The notes: generated from the letters alone by a model not told the origin. A stretch of 64,000 bases of DNA from a virus (IMGVR_UViG_3300017913_001833:32001-96000); one strand, 5' to 3'. Positions 18,508-27,968 are shown, counted from the first letter of the stretch. Numbers and translations are program-made.

Positions 18508-19199
18508 TGACAGATTTGCATAAAATGAGTGCGATGATGAAGGAATTGTTTCCTAGTAATCCAGAACAAGACTTAGCAGCACTAAGGGCCGCAGCAAATG
18601 CTCCTACACAAGAAGTTGCACCCAGAGTTGACTATACAAAACAATCAGCGCAAGTACGTGATGGTTCGTTACCAATGGACAAAGACTACAGTGTAAGTGA
18701 CTTTGCTAAACTTGCCGGAGTAGTAGGCAAGCCAAGTGGTGCAGAATTACTACAGCCTGTATTTGAAGATAACACAAAAACAGCAGTAGCACATATTGAT
18801 AAAGAGCTAGAAGCTGGTGATCCTATGATTGCAGCTGGCGCACTTGAAAGAGCTGTCAAAGGCGATACTCTTACCACTATGGAAAGAGATGAACTTAAAC
18901 CTTACTTAGAATTATTTCAAAAATTAATTACCGATCCTAGTATGAGAGCAAGAATACTTGCTATGGCAGAACTACTTGCCGGAGAAGATAAAAAGACAGA
19001 TGAACGTACACTTACTAAAGGCGAAGAAAAGAAAAAAGAAAAGTATGTCAAAGGCATGAAAAGAGCCAAAGGCGACTTTCAAGATCGTTATGGTGATGAT
19101 GCTGAAGCAGTAATGTATGCAACAGCAACTAAAATGGCTAAGAAAAGTAATGAATCAATCAAACAACGTCTTTATAAAGAACTAGCAAAATACAAATAA
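18507..19199 (+). CDS. Hypothetical putative head protein
   Basis: FAKLAGV; FQDRYGDDAEAVMYATATKMAK module. Confidence 0.7.
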   Translation: MTDLHKMSAMMKELFPSNPEQDLAALRAAANAPTQEVAPRVDYTKQSAQVRDGSLPMDKDYSVSDFAKLAGVVGKPSGAELLQPVFEDNTKTAVAHIDKELEAGDPMIAAGALERAVKGDTLTTMERDELKPYLELFQKLITDPSMRARILAMAELLAGEDKKTDERTLTKGEEKKKEKYVKGMKRAKGDFQDRYGDDAEAVMYATATKMAKKSNESIKQRLYKELAKYK

Positions 19200-19203
19200 T
19201 GGA

Positions 19204-19704
19204 ATGCTCGCTGACAGTGTTAAGATATGGATTGAAAACTTTTTAGATAAAGCGTCACCGACACTTAATAACTTACCACCTTGCCCATTTGCTAAACAAG
19301 CACTACTCACAAACAAAATAAAAATACACGAAATCAAACCATTAGCTCATATCAGCATGAAAGATTACTTTGTTGCTGAGATGGAGAACTATACATACCA
19401 TTGGCCTAAGGGTAAAGAAGTAGTTGTACTAGGCTGTGATCCTAAATTAATATCAGCAGAAGATCTAGAAGAAAGTATTGATATAGCCACAGAAAGATTT
19501 TTAGAAAAACGCGGCTACATAGCACTAGAAGACCATCCAGATCATATAGAGCAAGTAAACGACTTGATTTTTAACCAAGGAGAGTATGCGCTTGTGCTAG
19601 TACAAGAGTTAGATAAACTTAGTAAAGCACGTAAGATATTGCAAAAACAAAATTATTACAAGAATTGGCCTGCAGAATATTACGAGGATGTAGTAGAAAG
19701 ATGA
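19204..19704 (+). CDS. Hypothetical protein (DUF1415-like PPCPFA motif)
   Basis: LNNLPPCPFAK...EDHP. Confidence 0.55.
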   Translation: MLADSVKIWIENFLDKASPTLNNLPPCPFAKQALLTNKIKIHEIKPLAHISMKDYFVAEMENYTYHWPKGKEVVVLGCDPKLISAEDLEESIDIATERFLEKRGYIALEDHPDHIEQVNDLIFNQGEYALVLVQELDKLSKARKILQKQNYYKNWPAEYYEDVVER

Positions 19705-20147
19705 TATGTAGAATAGATTTACATAAAACAAACTACAAGCAAATACCTTTTACTATGTTAACAGCAGAACACTGGCAAGAGTGCGAACAGATTTACAAAA
19801 AGTATATAGACTATCATGAAATGGAAAGTCCCCATCCTGTATTTGAAGAAGAATGGAGCCATGAATTGAAATCAGATGTGCTAGGTTACTATCATAAAAA
19901 TAAACTAGTGGCCTGGAGTTTGATTTATAAATTTCCTAGCAAGCAAACTGTGATAGCTGATCAGTTTGCTTGGGATTACGTAGACCCAAGTTTGAAATTA
20001 GGATACAAAAGCATAAGGAATGAATGTGCATATTATAAATCGCTCGGATATAGGTACTTCATACTCGGTGATGAAGATAAGTATAAACAAGAGCTTAAAG
20101 GATTTGAAATAATTACTAGGGAGTCCAATGGCGTTTTTAGTACATAA
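19701..20147 (+). CDS. Aminoacyl-tRNA-protein transferase (ATE1/Bpt) C-terminal-like GNAT protein
   Basis: GYYHKNKLVAWS...WDYVDPSLKLGYKSIRNECAYYKSLGYRYFILG..YK resembles the ATE_C pattern. Confidence 0.55.
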   Translation: MICRIDLHKTNYKQIPFTMLTAEHWQECEQIYKKYIDYHEMESPHPVFEEEWSHELKSDVLGYYHKNKLVAWSLIYKFPSKQTVIADQFAWDYVDPSLKLGYKSIRNECAYYKSLGYRYFILGDEDKYKQELKGFEIITRESNGVFST

Positions 20148-20775
20148 CCTTCCCCCTGTACATGTTCTTGTACGCAAAGAATATCTTTATGACTTAGAAA
20201 AAGGACACGGAGAATACACTCCTGGAATATGGATAAGTGTGAAAAGTGTGCAAGGAAAAGCATTTTATATAGAAACACTATTACCTGAATACGGAGCATT
20301 ATTTGACAAACTTCCGATATCTGCATTTGTTTGGAAAGAAGATCATGGTGATTTACCGTTAGATAATTTACAATTATGGGATTGCTTTGACTACAACTTA
20401 ACTGTAATAAAGAAACCATTACTTAGCAGATGTGAATATTATGGAAAAGATAAACAAATACATGCAGGAGAATACATGTTTACTATTGACACATGTCATA
20501 GCGAACACAGCACAATAGATATAAACTTCAGCGAACATGATCCTGAACACAAGACATTCAATATAATTAAATTAGACAACGGACAATTCGCTGCCCAGCC
20601 AAACAATAGAATACTATGGCGTGATCAAAGCCTCATACCAGATAAACTGCAACAGCCAGATTTTAAAGTATGTTCACAAAACTATACAGTTGAAACAACA
20701 CCTAAGTGGAGTGTAGGACATACTGAAAATTGGCAATATAAAACTGAGGATGAAGAAAATGGAACTGAGTCATAA
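20128..20775 (+). CDS. Hypothetical phage protein
   Basis: 215 aa, GGGAG SD; LQLWDCF, LDNGQFAAQPNNR. Confidence 0.75.
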   Translation: MAFLVHNLPPVHVLVRKEYLYDLEKGHGEYTPGIWISVKSVQGKAFYIETLLPEYGALFDKLPISAFVWKEDHGDLPLDNLQLWDCFDYNLTVIKKPLLSRCEYYGKDKQIHAGEYMFTIDTCHSEHSTIDINFSEHDPEHKTFNIIKLDNGQFAAQPNNRILWRDQSLIPDKLQQPDFKVCSQNYTVETTPKWSVGHTENWQYKTEDEENGTES

Positions 20776-20950
20776 AGAAGTCTATAAAATGTTTTGGTGC
20801 ATGAAAGGACATTTGGAATGCACAGAAAAAACAGCAAGAGATTGCTATGAAGGATACTTCCGCAGGGCTTGGGGAAACCACGAATGGGTATATCACGAAG
20901 ACGGTTTTGAAGAAGCATACACAAAAAAGTTCTTGACAAACAACGAATAA
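20759..20950 (+). CDS. Small hypothetical protein
   Basis: GAGG SD, overlaps the upstream stop. Confidence 0.55.
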   Translation: MELSHKEVYKMFWCMKGHLECTEKTARDCYEGYFRRAWGNHEWVYHEDGFEEAYTKKFLTNNE

Positions 20951-20961
20951 TCAACTATAAT
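20933..20961 (+). promoter_or_regulatory. Consensus sigma70 promoter
   Basis: TTGACA(20933)-N17-TATAAT(20956). Confidence 0.85.
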
Positions 20962-20983
20962 TGTAGAAACTAAAGGAGTAATT

Positions 20984-21244
20984 ATGAGTGATCGCACCTA
21001 CGGCACTGAAGAAAAGCAAAAGCTAGAACGTCTTGTAAATGAAGGCGTAACAGTGTTACAAGAAATAGAAGACTTACAAGCAGGTCTTAAAGAAACTGTA
21101 AAAGCAGTAGCAGAAGAACTAGATGTTAAACCTGCACTGATCAATAAAGCAATCAAGGTTGCTAAGAATTTGGATTGGGATAAGGTACAAGACGAATTTG
21201 AAGATCTTGAAACACTTGTTGTTACAGTTGGCAAGGACAAATAG
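20984..21244 (+). CDS. Small helical dsDNA-binding protein (T4 DsbA/GapR-like)
   Basis: EIEDLQAGLKETVKAVAEELDVKPALINKAIKVA pattern; AAGGAG SD. Confidence 0.55.
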   Translation: MSDRTYGTEEKQKLERLVNEGVTVLQEIEDLQAGLKETVKAVAEELDVKPALINKAIKVAKNLDWDKVQDEFEDLETLVVTVGKDK

Positions 21245-21246
21245 TT

Positions 21247-21528
21247 TTGAACAAGATCAAAGAGTTTTGGATAAACAGCTATAAGAGCGATAAGATTGCA
21301 TTTGCATTTGAACTTATTTCTTTTATATTCACAGTAGCGGCAAGCCTTACACTAGCATTTAATGCTAGAGATCCTAACATGTTTGTAATCTATCCGTTCT
21401 TTTTTGTCGGATCAGTTACACAATGTTATGCCGCCGTTCGTAGAGGAGCGGCTTGGGTAATGTTATTAACTGGCTACTTTGCAATTATTAATGTATTTGG
21501 TTTTGGTGTAGCAGGAGGATTTTGGTAA
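21247..21528 (+). CDS. Small three-TM membrane protein
   Basis: Three hydrophobic helices, TTG start. Confidence 0.65.
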   Translation: MNKIKEFWINSYKSDKIAFAFELISFIFTVAASLTLAFNARDPNMFVIYPFFFVGSVTQCYAAVRRGAAWVMLLTGYFAIINVFGFGVAGGFW

Positions 21529-22052
21529 TGCTTACAGTCAATGTGCATAAATTTAGACATCATGAACAACTTAAAGATGAAATTTTGCAGATGATTGAAG
21601 AGCGTCCAGATCCTGCAATCGATGCTAGTGATAAAATTAGCAAAAGCGATTGGCATCCTGACAAAGCAGGAATTTACACATCAAAAAACTATCAGCAGAG
21701 GTTACTACCTCTGCTTACAGAACATTGTCAGACAGCATACAAACGTGCAACGGGCTTTTGGATGAATGAAATGTGGTATCAGCAATATAGCACAGGTGAC
21801 AGCCACGATTGGCATGTACACGAGTTTTGTCATTGGACAAATGTATACTTTTTAGAACTTCCAAACGCAGATGAACGCACACAAGTATGTGATTTAGATA
21901 GAAATCCAATTGAGTATGAAGCTGAAGAAGGTGATATTATTTTCTTTCCAAGCATGTGGCTTCATCGTTCAAAACCTTTGACAGGTGGTAGGAAAACAAT
22001 TATTAGTTTTAACACTAACTTTACACATGATAGGAGATACAATCCGAGATGA
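21528..22052 (+). CDS. Fe(II)/2OG oxygenase-like protein
   Basis: WYQQY..GDSHDWHVH...EGDIIFFPSMWLHRS...KTIISFN. Confidence 0.8.
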   Translation: MLTVNVHKFRHHEQLKDEILQMIEERPDPAIDASDKISKSDWHPDKAGIYTSKNYQQRLLPLLTEHCQTAYKRATGFWMNEMWYQQYSTGDSHDWHVHEFCHWTNVYFLELPNADERTQVCDLDRNPIEYEAEEGDIIFFPSMWLHRSKPLTGGRKTIISFNTNFTHDRRYNPR

Positions 22053-22261
22053 AACCCTATCAATGGCTAGCATGGTTCAGCACAGCATGCCTTTTGGTTG
22101 CCGCAACACTAGCCGCCTTCAACGTATATCCTTATTACGTTTGGGCTTTTATTGTTAGTAACAGTTTATGGGTACTGATAGGTGTCCTATGGAAAGAAAA
22201 AAGTTTAGTGGTCCTCAATGCAGGACTAACTATTATATATGTAGCAGGTTTACTGTTATAA
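22049..22261 (+). CDS. Small three-TM membrane protein
   Basis: Highly hydrophobic 70-aa ORF. Confidence 0.65.
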   Translation: MKPYQWLAWFSTACLLVAATLAAFNVYPYYVWAFIVSNSLWVLIGVLWKEKSLVVLNAGLTIIYVAGLLL

Positions 22262-22324
22262 CGCCCAAAGCCAAATGGCGGGCATGAAGAAGGTTAAGTT
22301 GGCCACAAGCAACGAGGAGAAAAA

Positions 22325-24994
22325 ATGAGTTACGTAGACGCTTTCTTTGATCGCGATTCTGATATTATTCGTGTTGTAGAACGCAAAGATGGTAAAAGAC
22401 ATTTCCACGAATATCAAGCAAAATACACATTCTATTACAAAGACGAACGTGGCAAATACAAAAGTGTATATGGTGATCCACTAACACGTATCGTATGTAA
22501 AAACACCAAAGACTTCCGCAAAGAAGTTGCAATCAACAAAGATAAAAAACTTTTTGAAAGTGATATCAATCCAATCTTTCAATGTTTGAGTGAAAACTAT
22601 CTTAATCAAGATGCACCCAAACTTAACATTGCGTTTTTCGATATTGAGACTGACTTTGATCCAGAGCGTGGCTTTGCTGATCCAAGTGATCCTTTTATGC
22701 CAATTACATCAATATCTGTGTATTTGCAATGGATGGAAACAATGGTATGTTTGGCAGTGCCGCCTAAGTCACTAACAATGGATCAAGCAAAAGAAACACT
22801 TGCTGGCATAGACAATGTTGTATTGTTTGAAAAAGAAAGTGAAATGATTGACACGTTCTTAAACTTGATTGAAGATGCAGATATACTATCAGGTTGGAAC
22901 AGTGAAGGTTATGATATTCCGTATACTGTAAACAGAACAAGTCGCGTATTGAGTAAAGATGACACAAGACGTTTTTGTTTGTGGGGGCAGTTGCCCAAAA
23001 AACGTGAATATGAAAAGTATGGGAAAACAGCTGAAACCTATGACTTCATAGGCAGAGTGCATTTAGATAGTTTGGAATTATATCGTAAATACACATATGA
23101 AGAAAGACACACATATAGACTTGATGCTATCGGTGAAATTGAAGTTGGCGAAAACAAAGTCCCTTATGAAGGCACTTTGGATCAATTGTACAACAATGAC
23201 TTTAGAAAATTCATCGAATACAACATACAAGATACCGCACTACTGGACAAGCTGGACAAAAAACTAAGATTTATTGATCTTAGTAACAGCATTGCACACG
23301 AAAATACTGTGTTGCTACAGACCACTATGGGTGCTGTTGCAGTTACAGAACAAGGTATTATCAACGAAGCACACAACAGAGACTTGCGTGTTCCTAATCG
23401 TCCAAAGCGTGATGATGAAAGCACAGCGGCAGCTGGTGCGTATGTTGCGTTTCCTAAGAAGGGCTTGCACAAATGGATTGGCTCAATGGACTTGAACAGT
23501 CTGTATCCAAGTGTTATTAGAGCTCTTAACATGGCTCCTGAAACAATCGTTGCACAAATACGTCCAGAGATTTCCGAAGGGCGTGTACACGAAGATATAA
23601 CGCTTAAGAAGAAGTCATTTGCAGGCAGTTGGGAAGGACGTTTTAGTACAGAAGAATATGAAGCAGTTATGGAGCAACGCAAGGATATTGCACTAACTGT
23701 TGATTTTGAAAACGGCGACACTGAAGTTATGAGCGGGGCCGAACTATATAAAATAATCTTTGACAGTAACGTACCGTGGATGCTTAGTAGTAATGGCACA
23801 ATCTTTACAACAGAGTTTGAAGGTGTTATTCCGGGTATTCTAAAACGTTGGTATGCAGAACGTAAAGACATGCAGAAGATGTTAAAGAAAGCCAAAGAAG
23901 CAGAAAATCAAGCTGAGATTGAATACTGGGATAAGCGACAGCTGGTTAAGAAAATTAATTTGAACAGCTTGTATGGTGCTATTCTTAATCCTGGTTGTAG
24001 ATTCTTTGATAAACGTATTGGACAATCTACTACACTTACAGGTAGAACTATTGTTAAACATATGAGTGCTGAAGTAAACAAAGTTATCACAGGCACATAT
24101 GATCATGTTGGTGAAGCAATGATATATGGTGATACAGATTCTTGTTACTTTAGTGCATATCCAACACTACGCAGTGAAATTGACAATGGTAATATTCCGT
24201 GGAGCAAAGATAATGTAATTACACTGTATGATCAAGTGTGCGAAGCGGCTAACACAACATTTCCAGACTTTATGGCTCGTGCTTTTCATTGTCCAAAGAG
24301 CCGTTCAGATGTTATTGCCGCAGGTAGAGAAATTGTTGCTGAAAGCGGATTGTATATTACAAAGAAACGCTATGCGGCACTGGTGTATGATGTAGAAGGC
24401 TTCCGTTCGGATACAGATGGCAAGCCAGGCAAAGTAAAAGCAATGGGCTTGGACTTGCGTAGATCAGACACACCTGTGTTTATGCAAGAGTTTTTAAGTG
24501 AAGTGCTGATGATGGTACTGCAAGAAACGAGTGAAAAAGAAATACTTGATCGTATCACTGAGTTTCGTAGAGAGTTTAAACAGCGGCCTGGCTTTGAAAA
24601 AGGTGCTCCAAAACGTGCAAACAAGATTGGACACTATCAACGTCTTGAAGAGAAGCAAGGTAAAGCAAACATGCCTGGACATGTAAGAGCAAGTATCAAC
24701 TGGAACACACTCAAGCGTATGAATGGCGACAAGTATTCGCAAGAGATTGTAGATGGAATGAAAGTTATTGTATGCAAACTAAAACAAAATCCACTAGGCT
24801 ATACAAGTGTTGCGTATCCAACAGACGAACTACGTATTCCAGATTGGTTTAAAGAACTTCCATTTGATGATGACGCAATGGAGGCAACTATCATTGACAA
24901 CAAGCTAGACAACTTGATTGGTGTGTTGAACTATGATTTAGATAGCACAAAACAAAACAATACGTTTAGCAGTTTATTTGATTTTGGAGGTTAA
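22325..24994 (+). CDS. polB: Family B DNA polymerase (T4 gp43-like)
   Basis: Exonuclease DIETD, GWNSEGYD, YNIQD; polymerase DLNSLYPS, KINLNSLYG, YGDTDS, KKRY. Confidence 0.96.
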   Translation: MSYVDAFFDRDSDIIRVVERKDGKRHFHEYQAKYTFYYKDERGKYKSVYGDPLTRIVCKNTKDFRKEVAINKDKKLFESDINPIFQCLSENYLNQDAPKLNIAFFDIETDFDPERGFADPSDPFMPITSISVYLQWMETMVCLAVPPKSLTMDQAKETLAGIDNVVLFEKESEMIDTFLNLIEDADILSGWNSEGYDIPYTVNRTSRVLSKDDTRRFCLWGQLPKKREYEKYGKTAETYDFIGRVHLDSLELYRKYTYEERHTYRLDAIGEIEVGENKVPYEGTLDQLYNNDFRKFIEYNIQDTALLDKLDKKLRFIDLSNSIAHENTVLLQTTMGAVAVTEQGIINEAHNRDLRVPNRPKRDDESTAAAGAYVAFPKKGLHKWIGSMDLNSLYPSVIRALNMAPETIVAQIRPEISEGRVHEDITLKKKSFAGSWEGRFSTEEYEAVMEQRKDIALTVDFENGDTEVMSGAELYKIIFDSNVPWMLSSNGTIFTTEFEGVIPGILKRWYAERKDMQKMLKKAKEAENQAEIEYWDKRQLVKKINLNSLYGAILNPGCRFFDKRIGQSTTLTGRTIVKHMSAEVNKVITGTYDHVGEAMIYGDTDSCYFSAYPTLRSEIDNGNIPWSKDNVITLYDQVCEAANTTFPDFMARAFHCPKSRSDVIAAGREIVAESGLYITKKRYAALVYDVEGFRSDTDGKPGKVKAMGLDLRRSDTPVFMQEFLSEVLMMVLQETSEKEILDRITEFRREFKQRPGFEKGAPKRANKIGHYQRLEEKQGKANMPGHVRASINWNTLKRMNGDKYSQEIVDGMKVIVCKLKQNPLGYTSVAYPTDELRIPDWFKELPFDDDAMEATIIDNKLDNLIGVLNYDLDSTKQNNTFSSLFDFGG

Positions 24995-24995
24995 T

Positions 24996-25859
24996 TTGAA
25001 TATAGAAAAATTACATAATTTTGGAATATGCATTACTAATATAGATTATAATAGTAAAGAGCAGGCTCAGCAAGTAGGTAACTATGTAGCAAAAGAAAAA
25101 ATTGTTTGCATAAAAAACAGCGAAGCAGTAGATCCAGGTGTGCTAGTAAAATTTTATAAAAACATAGGTAGAGTTGCAGCACAAAATGAAAAAGTTACTG
25201 GAAGCGGAGTAGGCGGTTATGGAGAACTAGTTCAAGTAAAATCAGATGGCTTATTCCAAGGTAAGGATGACGGTGAATTAGTTTGGCATAACGCAATTAT
25301 GCAAAAGTCTGATGCAGAAAATGTTGTAGGTATGTATATGCATCATCTAGCAGAATCAGGTGGCGACACATATTTTAGTAATTCTCAACTAGCATACGAA
25401 GACTTAGATCAAACATTAAAAGAAAAACTAGATATAACAGAAAGTAAAACAATTTACTATCCTCTTAAAGATGATATACTTTCAGACCTTGCACAAAAAA
25501 GTCATATAAAAGAAATATTTCCTGACTTTGATACATTTAAAGAATGGAAAGATATAGATGGCAATTTAGTTTATACAAAACAAGTAAAATCAAAACCTCT
25601 TGTAACAGAACATCCAGTAACAAAATCAAAAGGACTGTATTTTCCTTTCCTTAATCTGAGAGGTTTTGTAGGAATGCCAAAGGCAGAAAGCAATGAGTTA
25701 TTTGACTTTTTGAAGAATCATATATTGAAAGAAAAATATGTGTACAGACACAAGTGGTCTAAATATGATATATGTTTAAGTGACCAAATACACAGTTTAC
25801 ACAAGCGTGATGCATATACAGGCTTTAGAGAATTATGGAGGGCTGGAATCTGGACATGA
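24996..25859 (+). CDS. TauD/TfdA-family dioxygenase with non-canonical H-N-A metal motif
   Basis: WHNA, GGDTYF, YRHKW..DICLSDQIHSLHKR, RELWR; TTG start after GGAGG. Confidence 0.75.
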   Translation: MNIEKLHNFGICITNIDYNSKEQAQQVGNYVAKEKIVCIKNSEAVDPGVLVKFYKNIGRVAAQNEKVTGSGVGGYGELVQVKSDGLFQGKDDGELVWHNAIMQKSDAENVVGMYMHHLAESGGDTYFSNSQLAYEDLDQTLKEKLDITESKTIYYPLKDDILSDLAQKSHIKEIFPDFDTFKEWKDIDGNLVYTKQVKSKPLVTEHPVTKSKGLYFPFLNLRGFVGMPKAESNELFDFLKNHILKEKYVYRHKWSKYDICLSDQIHSLHKRDAYTGFRELWRAGIWT

Positions 25860-26101
25860 GTGAAGAACAGAAACTGATACTGATTACTGACTTCATTGAG
25901 CAGAAGTTACGTAAAGAAAAAGAATTAGAATTTTATCTCAAAGAGCTCGAAGAATTGCAACGAAAGATAGGATACTTGCGTCAAGAAGTTAGTCTTACAA
26001 ATACAATTATTACAATGATCAAAACAGAACAAGTATATGATATAAAAGAAAATATGATAGAAAGAGATAACATTATAAAATTGCCAGAGGAAGATAAATG
26101 A
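25856..26101 (+). CDS. Coiled-coil hypothetical protein
   Basis: Coupled ORF with heptad pattern. Confidence 0.65.
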   Translation: MSEEQKLILITDFIEQKLRKEKELEFYLKELEELQRKIGYLRQEVSLTNTIITMIKTEQVYDIKENMIERDNIIKLPEEDK

Positions 26102-26505
26102 AAGTAGGATTTACATGTAGTACATTTGATTTGTTACACGCAGGACATGTAATTATGTTACGTGAAGCAAAAGAACAATGCGATTATCTTATATGCGGAT
26201 TACAAGTTGATCCAAGCATAGACAGAGCCGAAAAAAATGCTCCTGTACAAACTATAGTTGAACGTTACACACAATTAAAAGCAGTAGGCTATGTAGATGA
26301 AATAGTGCCTTATGGGACTGAAAAAGATCTAGAAGATATTCTAAGTATGTATCCTATAGATGTACGTATACTAGGAGAAGAATATCGCGATAAAGATTTT
26401 ACTGGCAAGGACATTTGCCGTAAGCGTGATATTGAACTGCACTTTAACAAAAGAGAACACCGTTTTAGTTCAAGCGATTTAAGGAAGAGAGTCTGTGAGC
26501 GATAA
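26098..26505 (+). CDS. TagD-like cytidylyltransferase
   Basis: TFDLLHAGH and FSSSDLR motifs. Confidence 0.88.
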   Translation: MKVGFTCSTFDLLHAGHVIMLREAKEQCDYLICGLQVDPSIDRAEKNAPVQTIVERYTQLKAVGYVDEIVPYGTEKDLEDILSMYPIDVRILGEEYRDKDFTGKDICRKRDIELHFNKREHRFSSSDLRKRVCER

Positions 26506-27217
26506 ATTTATTTTTGATGTAGACGGAACACTTACACCTAGCCGACAAGCAATCGATAAAAGATTTGCAGTATGGTTTAGAAAATTTTGTCTAAACAATT
26601 CTGTTTATCTTGTTACTGGTAGTGACTACCCTAAAACACTAGAACAGATAGGCGGCACTTTAATTACAACAGTACAACGTGTTTACAACTGTAGCGGAAA
26701 TGACGTTTGGGAAAAAGGAGTGCATATAAGAACAAATCCTTGGAAGTTACCGGACGAAGCAGAAGCATGGTTGCGTGAAGAATTAGATGCAAGCAAGTTT
26801 CCTTTGCGTACAGGATTACATATTGAAGATAGACCTGGTATGGTAAACTTTAGTGTTGTTGGTAGGAATGCCACACTAGGTGAAAGAAAATTATACGCTG
26901 AATATGATACTAAGCACGAAGAACGACACACTATTGCTAGATTCTTTAAACAAAAGTTTCCAGGCATTGAAGCAGTAGTAGGTGGCGAGACAGGAATAGA
27001 CATATATCCTGTAGGAGCAGACAAGAGTCAAATCCTTAAAGATTTTAAAGAAGATGATTTTATATACTTCTTTGGCGATATGTGTCAACCTGGCGGTAAT
27101 GACTTTCCTATTGCAAACGCAATAAGAGAAGGTGAACGCATGGGTGTTCCTATAAATGTAGACGGCTGGAAAGATACTTGGAGTAAATTACATGCATATA
27201 ATGTTAACGGGGCATAG
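26495..27217 (+). CDS. HAD-type (eukaryotic PMM-like) phosphomannomutase
   Basis: FDVDGTLT, VTGSD, NFSVVGRNA, FFGDMCQPGGND. Confidence 0.85.
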   Translation: MSDKFIFDVDGTLTPSRQAIDKRFAVWFRKFCLNNSVYLVTGSDYPKTLEQIGGTLITTVQRVYNCSGNDVWEKGVHIRTNPWKLPDEAEAWLREELDASKFPLRTGLHIEDRPGMVNFSVVGRNATLGERKLYAEYDTKHEERHTIARFFKQKFPGIEAVVGGETGIDIYPVGADKSQILKDFKEDDFIYFFGDMCQPGGNDFPIANAIREGERMGVPINVDGWKDTWSKLHAYNVNGA

Positions 27218-27968
27218 AGGTTACATAGGTAGCCACTTATTAAAACGCCTTAAGAAAAATCACAGTATAGTTGGTTTCGATTTACAAGATGGTTGGGATC
27301 GTGACAAATTAAACAACAGTCAAGATTTAATGACGTGTGAATTGCCTGAAGAATTTGATTTAATTATTCACTTAGCAGGTAAAAGCGGAGTACGTGAAAG
27401 CATTAATGATCCTGCGGCATATTGGCGTAACAATGTTGAAGTGAGCAAACGCTTGTTCGAAAGATATCCAAACACACGTATTATGTATGCAAGTTCTAGC
27501 AGTGCTTACGAACCAGATCTAAATCCTTATGCGGCAAGCAAGTATTGTGTAGAAGAAGCTGCTGAACGTAATGTTGACACACTTGGTATGCGTTTCCATA
27601 CAGTGTATGATCACAATCCGCGCAAAGGTATGTTTGTACAAAAACTAATTGATGGTGAATTAGAATATGTTACAGACCATTATAGAGATTTCATCCACAT
27701 AGATGATTTGTGTGATGCAATAGAACTACTCATGCAGAGTAGATATTCGGGAACAGTTGACATAGGCACAGGACAACCTTTCCTTATCCGTGATTTTGCA
27801 CCAGACTTACCCATCCGTCTAAATACACCGAATGAACGTAAATGGACATGTGCAAATATGGAAAGGATGAGAACTTTAGGCTTTAATCCTAAACATTCAA
27901 TAGAAAAACTCTTGACAAACAACAAGTTAGGCAATATAATAAACTTTACAAATGGAGAAACATTATGA
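27192..27968 (+). CDS. NAD-dependent epimerase/dehydratase
   Basis: TGHRGYIG, HLAG, ASSSS, YAASK, RDFIHIDD. Confidence 0.9.
   Translation: MHIMLTGHRGYIGSHLLKRLKKNHSIVGFDLQDGWDRDKLNNSQDLMTCELPEEFDLIIHLAGKSGVRESINDPAAYWRNNVEVSKRLFERYPNTRIMYASSSSAYEPDLNPYAASKYCVEEAAERNVDTLGMRFHTVYDHNPRKGMFVQKLIDGELEYVTDHYRDFIHIDDLCDAIELLMQSRYSGTVDIGTGQPFLIRDFAPDLPIRLNTPNERKWTCANMERMRTLGFNPKHSIEKLLTNNKLGNIINFTNGETL
27912..27940 (+). promoter_or_regulatory. Consensus sigma70 promoter inside the 3' end of the epimerase gene
   Basis: TTGACA(27912)-N17-TATAAT(27935). Confidence 0.85.

Noticed and set aside
22325-24994. Intein or intron in the DNA polymerase
   Set aside because: Continuous 889-aa ORF with normally spaced motifs and no splicing or homing-endonuclease motifs
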